Origin: Capsulimonadaceae bacterium
GTDB lineage: Bacteria; Armatimonadota; Armatimonadia; Armatimonadales; Capsulimonadaceae
DNA length: 64,000 nucleotides
Assembly (NCBI GenBank): GCA_965215505.1
Contig: OZ244065.1
Span: 2,912,001 to 2,976,000, forward strand
Direction: 5' to 3'
The translations under genes and the position numbers were made by a program. Below are positions 28,629-37,997 of the stretch, piece after piece. A model generated the notes under the pieces. The model was not told the origin of the DNA and searched no databases. It saw only the letters and a list, made by a program, of their open reading frames with translations. Each line of letters begins with the position of its first letter. Within the stretch, counting starts at the first letter, position 1.

Positions 28629-29812
28629 TCCGCGTCCTCCTCGCCGACAGCCGCGCCGACCGGCGGGAGCTTGTCCGTGCCGCACTGGCCGCCGACGGCC
28701 GGATGGAGATCGTCGGGCAGGCGCGCGACGGGCAGGAGGCCGTCCAGCGGGCGTGTGCCCTGCGGCCCGATCTGGTCCTGCTTGCCTCCGATCTGTCCGG
28801 GCGGGACGGGTTCGCGGCGGCGGAGGTGCTGGCTTCTCTGGGCCTGCCTGGCGAGAGCGTCCTGCTTTCCGAGGAGGCACTGCCCGATGACCTGCGCCGG
28901 GCGATGCGGGCGGGGGCGCGTGAGTGCGTGCCGTGGCCCTGCTCCGGCGCGGCCATGTGCGAGACACTCTGCGGCGTGCATGAGGACAGCCTGCGGCGGC
29001 GATCCGCTGATTTCGCTGCGGCAGCCGACCCGCGCGCCCAGCCGCGCATTCTCGCCGTGACCGGGGCGAAAGGCGGCGTCGGCAAGACGACCCTGGCCGT
29101 CAACCTCGCCGCCGCCCTGGCCGCCGAAACCGGCGAACCGACCGTGCTGCTGGACCTCTACACGCAGTTCGGCGACGCCGCCCTGCTGCTGAACCTGACG
29201 CCGCGCCGGACTCTGGCCGATCTGGTCCGCCTGGACTCCGCCGAGTTGGACGAGCGGCTTTTGGAAGACCATCTGGAACGCCACTCGTCCGGCCTGCGCC
29301 TGCTCGCGGGCGCGAGCGCCCCGCTGCCGCTGGACGCCTTGACGCCCGCCTGCCTCGACCGCATCCTCGGCCTGCTGAAGAACAGCCACCGCTACCTCGT
29401 GCTGGACGTGCCCCCGCTCCTGCATGCGACGACGCTGCACGCGCTGACTCACGCCCACGTCGTGCTGCTGGTCGCGAACCTCTTCGACCTGACGACGCTG
29501 GCCGACACCCGCCTGTGGCTGGAAGCCGTCGCGGGCCGGCACGTCGCCCCCGAAGCCGTCCAGGTCGTCCTGAACCGCGCCCTGCCCCGGAACCGGCTGC
29601 AAGCCTCGGACATCGAGCGGACATTAGGCCGGGCCGCCGCCTGCCAGGTGCCCAATGACGGCAAGCTGGTCCCGCACTCGGTCAACGCGGGCGAACCGTT
29701 CGTCCTGTCGCACCCGAACAGCCGGGTTGCCCGGAGCGTCTACGCGCTGGCCCGGCGGCTGGCGGCGGAGCCGAGCGGGATTCCCGAGGCCGCCGAGAGG
29801 AGCAGCCGATGA
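28625..29812 (+). CDS. cpaE: CpaE/TadZ receiver plus ParA/MinD-like ATPase
   Basis: Degenerate receiver domain; GAKGGVGKTT. Confidence 0.9.
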   Translation: MIRVLLADSRADRRELVRAALAADGRMEIVGQARDGQEAVQRACALRPDLVLLASDLSGRDGFAAAEVLASLGLPGESVLLSEEALPDDLRRAMRAGARECVPWPCSGAAMCETLCGVHEDSLRRRSADFAAAADPRAQPRILAVTGAKGGVGKTTLAVNLAAALAAETGEPTVLLDLYTQFGDAALLLNLTPRRTLADLVRLDSAELDERLLEDHLERHSSGLRLLAGASAPLPLDALTPACLDRILGLLKNSHRYLVLDVPPLLHATTLHALTHAHVVLLVANLFDLTTLADTRLWLEAVAGRHVAPEAVQVVLNRALPRNRLQASDIERTLGRAAACQVPNDGKLVPHSVNAGEPFVLSHPNSRVARSVYALARRLAAEPSGIPEAAERSSR

Positions 29813-31092
29813 CTTCCCTCCATCTCGCCTCTCAGATCCCTCCTCAGCCCGCCGCCCTGCCGCCGGCGGCCACCGACTTGAAGCGCCGACTCCATGCCCA
29901 GATCGTGGCCGAGTCCGATGCCGCGCGCCTGAGCCGCCTGCCCCGCGCGGCGCTGACGGAGCAGGTCGGGGCGCTGGCCCTGCGCCTGCTGGCCGAGGAC
30001 GGCCCGGCCCTGATCGGGCGGCAGCGCGACGCTTTAGTGCAGGCCGTCGTGCATGAGCTGACGGGGCTGGGGCCGCTGGAGCCGCTGCTGGAAGACGAGA
30101 CGGTTTCGGAGATCATGGTCAACGGGCCGGGGAACGTCTACGTCGAGCGGCGCGGGCGGCTGTCGCGCACGGACGTTGTCTTTGATGACGACGCCCACCT
30201 GCGGCGCATCATCGAGCGCATCCTGGCCCCGCTGGGCCGCCGCGCCGATGAAGCCTCGCCGCTCTGCGACGGGCGGCTGGCCGACGGCAGCCGGATCAAT
30301 GTCATCCTGCCGCCACTCGCCGTGCATGGGCCGGTCCTGACCATCCGCAAGTTCGCCCGGCAGCCGTTGACGGCGGCCGACCTGGTCCGCCTGAACACGC
30401 TGACGGCTCAGGCCGCCGCCTTCCTGCGCGCCTGTGTTGCGGGCCGACGGAACATCCTCGTTTCGGGCGGCACGGGCAGCGGCAAGACGACCACATTGAA
30501 CGCGCTGTCGTCGTTCATCCCCGACGGCGAGCGCATCATCACGATTGAAGACGCCGCCGAATTGCAGTTGCAGCAGGCACACGTCGTCACTCTGGAAAGC
30601 CGCCCGCCCAACCTGGAAGGGCGCGGCGAGGTCACCATCCGCCAGCTCGTGCGGAACGCCCTGCGGATGCGCCCCGACCGCATCCTACTAGGGGAAGTGC
30701 GCGGGGCCGAAGCATTGGACCTGCTGATGGCGCTGAATACGGGTCACGACGGCTCCCTGTCTACCGCCCACGCCAACGGCCCGCGCGACGCCCTGGCCCG
30801 ACTGGAAACGATGGTGCTGATGGCGGGCACGGAGCTTCCCCTGCGAGCGGTCCGGGAGCAGATCGCGAGCGCGGTGCATCTGGTTCTGCACCAGGAGCGG
30901 GCGCGCGATGGCAGCCGCCGCGTGACGCACATCAGCGAGGTCACCGGCATCGTCGGCGACGTCATCGGCCTGCAAGACCTCTTCCGCTGGGACACGGCGC
31001 AGTCGGCCCTCCGCGCCACGGGCCTGCGCCCCGCCTGCGCGGCTGGCCTGGAAGAGCAGGGACTTTCGCTGCCCCCGGAGCTATTCCAATGA
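29809..31092 (+). CDS. cpaF: CpaF/TadA pilus ATPase
   Basis: GGTGSGKTT, TIEDAAEL, LRMRPDRI, NTGHDGS. Confidence 0.95.
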   Translation: MTSLHLASQIPPQPAALPPAATDLKRRLHAQIVAESDAARLSRLPRAALTEQVGALALRLLAEDGPALIGRQRDALVQAVVHELTGLGPLEPLLEDETVSEIMVNGPGNVYVERRGRLSRTDVVFDDDAHLRRIIERILAPLGRRADEASPLCDGRLADGSRINVILPPLAVHGPVLTIRKFARQPLTAADLVRLNTLTAQAAAFLRACVAGRRNILVSGGTGSGKTTTLNALSSFIPDGERIITIEDAAELQLQQAHVVTLESRPPNLEGRGEVTIRQLVRNALRMRPDRILLGEVRGAEALDLLMALNTGHDGSLSTAHANGPRDALARLETMVLMAGTELPLRAVREQIASAVHLVLHQERARDGSRRVTHISEVTGIVGDVIGLQDLFRWDTAQSALRATGLRPACAAGLEEQGLSLPPELFQ

Positions 31093-32048
31093 ACCCGCTG
31101 CTGACGATCGCCCTGAGCTTCCTGTTGACGGCGGGCCTGGTCTACGCCGTTGCCGAGGCGCGGGCGCGCTCGGCCCGGCATCTTCGGGATCGCCTGGACC
31201 GGATCACGGGCCGCTACCACTTCGCGCCCGCCTCGGCTCCCGAGGCGTCTGACGCCCCGCGCCCCGACGTGCTGCCGACCGTCACGCGCTGGCTGGGCGG
31301 CGACCTGGGGAAGCGCCTGCGGCTCGCCATGCTGCGGGGCGATCTGCGCCTTCGGCCCGCCGAGTGGGCCGCCTTGTGCCTCGCCGCGCCGCTGGCCGCC
31401 GGGACACTCGGCCTGGCAGCCACGCATCAGGCTCTCGCCGGACTGGTTATGGCCCTGCTCGGGCTGGTCGTCCCGCCCCTCGTCCTTCAGTCGCGGCAGG
31501 CGTCGCGCCTGCGACGGTTTGACGCCCAGCTACCCGACGCCCTCATGCTCCTGACCGCCTCCCTGCGCGCGGGCCATTCGTTCTCCCAGGCCATGCTGAC
31601 CGTCGCCGCCGAATTGCCGCCGCCCCTGGCCGCCGAGTTCGCCTGGGCCTCCGGGGAGGCCGCGCTTGGTGTTCCATTGGACACGGCTTTGGGCCGCATG
31701 ACCGAGCGGGTGCCGTCGCCGGACCTCGACCTGGTCGTGACCGCCATCCTCATCCAACTCCCCCTCGGCGGCAATCTGGCGGAAGTGCTGGACGCCATCG
31801 CCGAGACCATCCGCGAGCGCGTCCGCCTGGCCGGCGAGGTGCGGACCTTGACGGCGGAAGGCAGCCTGTCCGCCGTCATCCTGATCGTCCTCGCCCCCGC
31901 CCTGGCCGTGCTGCTCTGCCTCCGCAGCCCCGCCTACTTCCAGCCCTTGTTGGATAGCCCGACCGGCCACTGGCTCATCGGCGGCGCGGCACTGGGCCAG
32001 ATAATCGGCGGTCTGATTATCCGCCGCATGGTGGCGCTGGACTTGTAG
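31089..32048 (+). CDS. tadB: TadB (T2SS F family)
   Basis: QLPDALMLL..LRAGHS, GGNLAEVL, TAEG. Confidence 0.92.
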   Translation: MNPLLTIALSFLLTAGLVYAVAEARARSARHLRDRLDRITGRYHFAPASAPEASDAPRPDVLPTVTRWLGGDLGKRLRLAMLRGDLRLRPAEWAALCLAAPLAAGTLGLAATHQALAGLVMALLGLVVPPLVLQSRQASRLRRFDAQLPDALMLLTASLRAGHSFSQAMLTVAAELPPPLAAEFAWASGEAALGVPLDTALGRMTERVPSPDLDLVVTAILIQLPLGGNLAEVLDAIAETIRERVRLAGEVRTLTAEGSLSAVILIVLAPALAVLLCLRSPAYFQPLLDSPTGHWLIGGAALGQIIGGLIIRRMVALDL

Positions 32049-32096
32049 GAGGAGCCTGCCGGCCTTACGCAGAACTTGTCCGGGGGAGGCAGATCG

Positions 32097-32195
32097 CCCC
32101 CCGGCCCCGATTCTGGGGGAACCGGAGGGGAAGGGCGAACACAAGGTTCGCCCCTACCTTGTTCCTTCCCTACTCCCCCAGAATCGGGGCGGGGA
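32097..32195. repeat. Composite REPIN-like element
   Basis: CCCCCCGGCCCCGATTCTGGGGGA / TCCCCCAGAATCGGGGCGGGG arms enclosing a REP at 32132-32157. Confidence 0.65.
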
Positions 32196-32220
32196 CTTCC
32201 TTATCCATCAGGAGTACCAG

Positions 32221-32685
32221 ATGCCGGACAATGACGTATGGCCGCCGAAACCCGATCTGCCTGACCCGCTGACCGAGTACGACGAGGTGATTGCGGCGAA
32301 ACTTGCGGCGCCTTCTCCGGCTATAACGGGGCGGCTCACGCTGGTCAAAGTCTTGCGCGAACAAGAAGGGCTGGATTTGCGCCAGGCAATTGCCCTTGCG
32401 AACAACTACTGTGACAGGCATGGGCTATTTGTCAGCGGCAGAGTCACCAAGGCATTTGGCTGGGGAGGCTGCGGGATGGCTTTCGCGGCTTTGTGCCTAG
32501 CCATTTTCAGCGGCTATCTGTCGATAGTCCGCCTGGAAGCGGTTCTGAGTCAGCCACATCACCATGCGGCGCTCATGGCGTTGGACAGGCAGGAGATGGT
32601 GGTCGCGGCAGCGATTGTGTTGCTGGTGATTGGAAGCGGAATTATCTCTGTCACTATCCGAGGAATCAGCCGAAGGGGGGGATAA
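32221..32685 (+). CDS. Hypothetical two-TM protein inserted between tadB and tadC
   Basis: AGGAG RBS; lower GC; LVKVLREQEGLDLRQA resembles an L7/L12 C-terminal-like helix pair. Confidence 0.7.
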   Translation: MPDNDVWPPKPDLPDPLTEYDEVIAAKLAAPSPAITGRLTLVKVLREQEGLDLRQAIALANNYCDRHGLFVSGRVTKAFGWGGCGMAFAALCLAIFSGYLSIVRLEAVLSQPHHHAALMALDRQEMVVAAAIVLLVIGSGIISVTIRGISRRGG

Positions 32686-32688
32686 GCT

Positions 32689-33636
32689 ATGCCCATGCCA
32701 CTACTGCTAATTCTTGCCCTAGCCTTTCTCGTCGGCGCGCTCCTCACGCTCGCCGTGACCGGCCTCCTCGGCGCGGAGCGGGAGGCGGTCGCGCGGCGGC
32801 TGGATAACCTAGCTCGGCCCGCCGCATCCGCCGACCCGCTGCCGTCGCTGGCGGACGCGGAACTGGAAGGGACCTGGCGGGAGCGGCTGTGGCAGCCTAA
32901 CTTGCGGCGGCTGGCGCGGATGGGGGCGCGGCTGACCCCGGCGGGGGCCTCGGACCGACTGCGGGCGTCGCTGGCGAAGGCGGGGAACCCCGCCGGGCTG
33001 GGGGCGCGGGAATTCGGGGGCCTGCGCGTGGTCGGCGTGGCGGTTTGCCTGTGCCTGATCGGGCCGATGTGCCTCTTCGTGCCGTCACTCGGGGCGCGGG
33101 TACTGCTGCTCGCGCTGGGGGCGTTGGTCGGGCTGACCCTGCCGGAGACTCTGCTGGAGCGGGCGATCCGGCGGCGGCAGGCGCGCATCCGTCGCGCATT
33201 GCCGGACGCGATTGATCTGCTGGTGGTGAGCGTCGAGGCGGGGATGGGGCTGGACGGGGCGATGGCGAAGGTGACGGAGAAGATGCGCGGGCCGCTCGCC
33301 GACGAGCTGACGCGGGCGCGGAACGAGATGCTTTTGGGCAAGACACGCGGGCAGGCCTTACGGGACATGGCGGCGCGGCTGGAGATGGGGGAGGTGAAGA
33401 CGTTCGTCGCGGCGATCTACCAGGCCGACCAGCTTGGGACGAGCATCGCGCGGGTCCTGCGGGCACAGAGCCAGATGGCGCGGGCGGCGCGGGTGCAGCG
33501 GGTGCGGGAGCAGGCGGCACGTCTGCCGGTGACGATGCTGTTCCCGCTGGTCCTGTTCATCTTCCCGGCGATCTTCGTCGTCCTGCTCGGCCCGAGCCTG
33601 ATGCGGCTGATGGCGACGTTAGGGCACATGAAGTAA
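32689..33636 (+). CDS. tadC: TadC (T2SS F family)
   Basis: LPDAIDLL..VEAGMGLD, QADQLGTSI, MLFPLVLFIFP. Confidence 0.92.
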   Translation: MPMPLLLILALAFLVGALLTLAVTGLLGAEREAVARRLDNLARPAASADPLPSLADAELEGTWRERLWQPNLRRLARMGARLTPAGASDRLRASLAKAGNPAGLGAREFGGLRVVGVAVCLCLIGPMCLFVPSLGARVLLLALGALVGLTLPETLLERAIRRRQARIRRALPDAIDLLVVSVEAGMGLDGAMAKVTEKMRGPLADELTRARNEMLLGKTRGQALRDMAARLEMGEVKTFVAAIYQADQLGTSIARVLRAQSQMARAARVQRVREQAARLPVTMLFPLVLFIFPAIFVVLLGPSLMRLMATLGHMK

Positions 33637-33665
33637 CTGACGCTACGCTGACTTCTCCGGGGGTC

Positions 33666-34981
33666 GTTAGTGTAAAATGTTTTCTGTAAATTGATGGCCT
33701 GAAGTAGTAGGTCAGGGAGTATTCTTGGAGTTACCACACAACAAGGAAACTACCCATGACCTACCACAACGATTCTACTCTGTCCGATGCCCTTTTGGAG
33801 CAACTTTCGGCGCAAGGGATGGAGGCCCTGCCCGATCTGTTCCGTGTCCTGCTCAACGCCGCCATGCAGATCGAGCGACAGAAGCACCTGGGCGCGGCCC
33901 CGCATGAACGGACAGAGCAGCGCACGGGCCACGCCAACGGCTACAAGGACAAGACGCTTGCCACCCGCATCGGCCAGATTACTGTCGCCGTCCCTCAGGT
34001 GCGTGAGGGAGGCTTCTACCCGCAGAGCCTGGAACGGGGCACCCGCTCTGAGCGCGCCTTGAAGCTTTCGCTGGCCGAGATGTATGTGCAGGGCGTCTCC
34101 ACCCGCAAGGTGGCCGCCATCACCGAGCAGTTGTGCGGGTTCTCGGTCAGCAGCGGCCAGGTTAGCCAGGCGGCCAAGGAACTCGATGCCACCTTAGAAG
34201 CCTGGCGCACCCGCCCTCTGACGGCTTGCCCGTATCTGCTGCTGGATGCCCGCTACGAGAAGGTACGCCAGGGCGGCATCGTGCAGGATGCCGCCGTCCT
34301 CATTGCCATGGGCGTGGATGAGGCGGGCAAACGCTCCATTCTGGGCGTCTCTGTCGCCTTGTCCGAGAAAGAGGTCCACTGGCGGCAGTTCCTGCAAAGC
34401 CTGACCCAGCGCGGCCTGTGCGGAGTGAGGCTGGTCGTCAGCGATGCCCATGAAGGGCTAAAGGCGGCACGGATGGCGGTGCTGGGCAGCATCCCGTGGC
34501 AGCGATGCCAGTTCCACTTGCAGCAGAACGCCTCCGCTTATGTCCCCAGGCAGGACAGGAAGGCATCCGTGGCCGCAGACATTCGGGCCGTCTTCAACGC
34601 CCAGGACAGAGCCGAAGCCGACGCGCTCTTGAAGCGGGCGGTGCAGAAGTACGAAGCGGCGGCACCCAAGCTTGCGGCCTGGCTGGAAGAGAACCTGCCC
34701 GAAGGCTTGACGGTGTTTGCGTCTCCTGAGCCGCATCGCCGCCTGCTGCGGACTACCAACGGCGTCGAGCGCGTCAATCGTGAGGTGCGCCGCAGGACGC
34801 GGGTAGTGAGCATCTTCCCGAACGAGGCATCGTGCCTGCGGCTGGCGAGCGCCCTGCTGATGGAGATCAGCGACGACTGGCAGGCAGGCAAAGCCTACCT
34901 GACGTTCGCAGAACAAGACTAGCGAAGCCGACGAGACCGCGAGGACGCTCCCAGCTTTTACAGAAACGGCTTGATACTATC
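33666..34981 (+). mobile_element. IS256-family insertion sequence (1316 bp)
   Basis: Imperfect TIRs GTTAGTGTAAAATGTTTTCTGTAAA / GATAGTATCAAGCCGTTTCTGTAAA; 8-bp TSD CGGGGGTC at 33658-33665 and 34982-34989. Confidence 0.92.
33756..34922 (+). CDS. IS256-family (mutator-type) transposase
   Basis: EMYVQGVSTRKV, LDARYEKVR, VSDAHEGL, WQRCQFH, TTNGVERVNREVRRR. Confidence 0.96.
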   Translation: MTYHNDSTLSDALLEQLSAQGMEALPDLFRVLLNAAMQIERQKHLGAAPHERTEQRTGHANGYKDKTLATRIGQITVAVPQVREGGFYPQSLERGTRSERALKLSLAEMYVQGVSTRKVAAITEQLCGFSVSSGQVSQAAKELDATLEAWRTRPLTACPYLLLDARYEKVRQGGIVQDAAVLIAMGVDEAGKRSILGVSVALSEKEVHWRQFLQSLTQRGLCGVRLVVSDAHEGLKAARMAVLGSIPWQRCQFHLQQNASAYVPRQDRKASVAADIRAVFNAQDRAEADALLKRAVQKYEAAAPKLAAWLEENLPEGLTVFASPEPHRRLLRTTNGVERVNREVRRRTRVVSIFPNEASCLRLASALLMEISDDWQAGKAYLTFAEQD

Positions 34982-35014
34982 CGGGGGTCAAGAACCGCTC
35001 GACTCCAAAAGCCT

Positions 35015-35623
35015 TCAATCCCCCTGTCCGTCATAGTGCCAATCCGTCATGATGGAACCATCACTCTGCTGCTTGACATGATTATCCGCGAAGACTCCTT
35101 GAAGGACGTATTCTTGCGGCGGTCCATGCCAGTACCCCGCATCCTCGCAGAGCGGCATCATTGCGGGGGACAAATCGTTGCTGTCGGTTTCAGCAAATTC
35201 ATTGTAGCGATAGCTACTGCCCCATGTCAGGAAATCATTGTTTGGGAACAGATCTGACCCTTGCTGCGGTGGCCTCCCTGTGTCAGACATACATCGGAAC
35301 ACCTGGCGAGATCGAAGGTAAGGCTGCAAGACATCGGTATAAAGGGGGATTGAAGGGATGTCCTTCTTTGAATAGGCTGACGTTGCCGCATCAAATCGAG
35401 ACAAGGGATTGACAGCATGAGGATAGATCGTGTCATACTCTTGGGCGTACTGTGTGATAGCAATACCTATCTGTTTGAGATTGTCCAAACAGGCGGATTG
35501 TCGTGCTTTCTCTCTCGCTCGGACAAACACTGGAAAGAGGATTGCCGCCATGATGGAAATGATCGCTGTCACAACGAGCAATTCAATGATGGTGAATCCT
35601 CGTAGCTTCTTGTTATGCATCAT
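35015..35623 (-). CDS. Prepilin-type N-terminal cleavage/methylation protein (DUF1559, H-X9-DG-like)
   Basis: RG/FTIIELLVV.AII.IMAAILFPVF.RAREKARQSACL.NLKQIG; C-terminal WH..VFADNHVK. Confidence 0.88.
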   Translation of the reverse strand: MMHNKKLRGFTIIELLVVTAIISIMAAILFPVFVRAREKARQSACLDNLKQIGIAITQYAQEYDTIYPHAVNPLSRFDAATSAYSKKDIPSIPLYTDVLQPYLRSRQVFRCMSDTGRPPQQGSDLFPNNDFLTWGSSYRYNEFAETDSNDLSPAMMPLCEDAGYWHGPPQEYVLQGVFADNHVKQQSDGSIMTDWHYDGQGD

Positions 35624-35630
35624 TGTTTCT

Positions 35631-36596
35631 TCACTGGAGCAGTGCCGTCACCGGAACTGTGATGCGTTGTTCAATAGGGTCGTTAGTCTGTAAAACGATG
35701 TTGCCGCTCATAATACGGTTTGAATGGTCGCTAGTGCATGTTGCCGTGAGTAGAACGTGTCCACCCTGTCTCTCAACATGAGCCGAAACAGAGTGTGGGC
35801 AGGAGAGTACTGTGATCTGCGGGATTCTCTTGCCTGTGTTAATCATCGTCGAAATAGTTCGTGTAATTCTCACACTGTCAAAAAGCAGTTGTGGCTTCTG
35901 GACCGTGTACTTACCAGTTGCGTTGAAATGGACCGACACCTCGACATCTTCAATGCTAGGAACATCCGTGGTAATGTTCAGTTTATCAAAACGCTCCCCT
36001 GATGTCTTCATGGGAGCAGAAGTCACTACAAGGCTCGTCTGCTCGGCAGACTGCTCAATAGTATGTACTCGTAGTTCTGAGTCCGCACTGACGTGCGTGA
36101 CATGAAAGTGAGTGGTCGGTTTCTGTGAGCGCAGCATGATGGTTTGGCTTGCTGTCTGTCCTAGTCGCAAATTCCCAAAATCCAGGGCGTTACGGCTAAT
36201 AGAGACATACGGAAACACATGAGCCTTTACAGGGATGTTGATCTCTGTCTTGTCTACCAACTTTAGCACGATGAACCGTAAGACATCGCCGTTGTAACTC
36301 TCCCCCGAGAAACGCACATGTAATGGGATGCTACCCTTCGGCTCGACGGTATCGGCATCCAGGCTGGCCTGTGTACAGCCACATGATGTGGCCACCGATT
36401 GAATGCGTATAGCTTCGCCGGATCTGTTAATCAGGCGTATGTCTTTGCTGCTAACCGACAACTGAGCCACATCCCCAAAATCAACGTCATGGGGCAGGCA
36501 AGACAGTTCCTTTTGTGATTGGTAGTGGGCGTATGCACCGGCCAATGCCGCAGCGGTGGTAATCAGGGCGGCTATGAAAACACTTTTCGTCTGCAT
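35631..36596 (-). CDS. DUF1573-domain (Ig-like repeats) exported protein
   Basis: DFGDV..LINR..ATSCGCT; second LDFGNL repeat; TNDP..ITVPV. Confidence 0.8.
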   Translation of the reverse strand: MQTKSVFIAALITTAAALAGAYAHYQSQKELSCLPHDVDFGDVAQLSVSSKDIRLINRSGEAIRIQSVATSCGCTQASLDADTVEPKGSIPLHVRFSGESYNGDVLRFIVLKLVDKTEINIPVKAHVFPYVSISRNALDFGNLRLGQTASQTIMLRSQKPTTHFHVTHVSADSELRVHTIEQSAEQTSLVVTSAPMKTSGERFDKLNITTDVPSIEDVEVSVHFNATGKYTVQKPQLLFDSVRITRTISTMINTGKRIPQITVLSCPHSVSAHVERQGGHVLLTATCTSDHSNRIMSGNIVLQTNDPIEQRITVPVTALLQ

Positions 36597-36602
36597 ATAA
36601 GT

Positions 36603-37178
36603 TTACTGGACTTGACCCCTGTATCCCATCTTCCCAAGCGATCTGAGTGCCATCCTCTTCACATCTGGGTCGGGGTCCGCAGCGGCTCTCAGCAGGGGAG
36701 TTAAAGAGCTTTTTTGTCGTAGTTCCCCTAAAAGGCGCGCTTCAGTAAGGCGCACGAGGGATTCGCTACTCGTGAGAGCTGGCAGGGTGGTTTGGGCGAT
36801 ATATTCCTTCTTGGCGTCAGGGATGGATGCGTTCATGTTCGCAGTCAACAGTGTAGCACAAGCCTTCGACTGAACGATGGCATCCGTGGGTCCGGCCGTG
36901 GCTCTAGACAGAGTCTCTATGTCCTGGTCGGAAAGTGTATGGCTTTCCCGGTACTTGAGTTGAATGTCCATCACGGTTTTTAGATCAGACGTGCTGCTTA
37001 CGACGCCCGTGGAGCCAAGATACTGCACCGTTTTGGCGATGCGCGCCTTCTCCACCTTTTCATGCTGCTGTCGTTGCATGGTTCCGACACTGTACGCAGT
37101 GATGCCGCCAAGCATGAATACGCCAATTATGACAGACACGATAATGGATGTTTTTTTTGACACCAGCGAACCCCTCAT
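36603..37178 (-). CDS. Membrane-anchored HEAT-repeat protein
   Basis: N-terminal TM; LVRLTEARLLGEL, DPDPDVKRMALRSLGK. Confidence 0.75.
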   Translation of the reverse strand: MRGSLVSKKTSIIVSVIIGVFMLGGITAYSVGTMQRQQHEKVEKARIAKTVQYLGSTGVVSSTSDLKTVMDIQLKYRESHTLSDQDIETLSRATAGPTDAIVQSKACATLLTANMNASIPDAKKEYIAQTTLPALTSSESLVRLTEARLLGELRQKSSLTPLLRAAADPDPDVKRMALRSLGKMGYRGQVQ

Positions 37179-37240
37179 CTTCCCGAAGCCCTGTTACTAT
37201 GTCTATACAACAGGGCCTCGGATTCCTGGCTCACTAACGG

Positions 37241-37516
37241 CTATGCCGGGCTGCTTACGCACTTCTTGTAAGCAGCAGTGATGCAGTTCTGGAGGGCTGT
37301 GCCCGAGGCGCAGCCTGAACAGCCGCGGTTGGTGCCATCTGATCCATCGGCGCAGTCCTGGCAAAGCGTTGGGTCCGTGGTCCCGCTGGCGCATTTGCTA
37401 CCGACCGTACCTCCAGAGCAGCTAGCGTAGACCGCATGAACGAACATTGTGAACCCTAATGCCAGCAGGGCAGTTGTAGTCGCAGTGGCTCGTCGCCTTG
37501 AGCGTATTGAGAGCAT
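37241..37516 (-). CDS. Small secreted Cys-rich peptide (8 Cys, two CxxC)
   Basis: AAGGAAG RBS; signal peptide ending VYA; mature SCSGG..KC..CQDC..CSGC..NC..KC. Confidence 0.7.
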   Translation of the reverse strand: MLSIRSRRRATATTTALLALGFTMFVHAVYASCSGGTVGSKCASGTTDPTLCQDCADGSDGTNRGCSGCASGTALQNCITAAYKKCVSSPA

Positions 37517-37549
37517 GATTTGTCTTCCTTTTTGGGAGAAATGCTAGAG

Positions 37550-37744
37550 TTAATGCGTGTGGCTCGGTGGTGCCACTTCTTCCTGACCAGTCGCTTCACA
37601 CCCACAATCCTGTTGCACCACGATATGTGCAGAGCGGTTACGCGCAAAAGCATAAGCGGACGCCGTGGCAATGACGAGGACGGCTGTGAGTGCGAATAAT
37701 GTAAATGCTACTGCCTTTCTTTTTATTAGTGTGTTGTATGACAT
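37550..37744 (-). CDS. Small secreted or membrane peptide with a CGC motif
   Basis: Basic N-terminus plus hydrophobic stretch, DCGCE, C-terminal HTH tripeptide. Confidence 0.55.
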   Translation of the reverse strand: MSYNTLIKRKAVAFTLFALTAVLVIATASAYAFARNRSAHIVVQQDCGCEATGQEEVAPPSHTH

Positions 37745-37770
37745 AGCCCAGTCCCTGATCTGTGTTAATG

Positions 37771-37805
37771 GTAACATTGTTACATGACGGCATGAAATCT
37801 GTCAA
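37771..37805 (-). promoter_or_regulatory. Promoter and palindromic operator for the low-GC island operon
   Basis: TTGACA (37800-37805), -10-like TAACAAT, palindrome GTAAC-ATT-GTTAC (37771-37783). Confidence 0.5.
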
Positions 37806-37822
37806 GAACATTGCATTCGGCA

Positions 37823-37940
37823 AAAATCGGGGCGAAAGACCGATAAAATCGGGGCGAAAGACCGATAAAATCGGGGCGAAAGACCGATAAAATCGGGGCG
37901 AAAGACCGATAAAATCGGGGCGAAAGACCGATAAAATCGG
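37823..37940. repeat. Perfect tandem repeat, 22 bp x 5.4
   Basis: AAAATCGGGGCGAAAGACCGAT at 37823, 37845, 37867, 37889 and 37911, plus a partial copy at 37933. Confidence 0.97.
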
Positions 37941-37997
37941 TTCAAGTTATGAACACTAACTGAGTGAGGCGGATAGTACGTTTGATGCGTCTCGTAA

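Noticed and set aside
37823-37940. CRISPR array
   Set aside because: Repeats are contiguous with no spacers, and no cas genes are in the window
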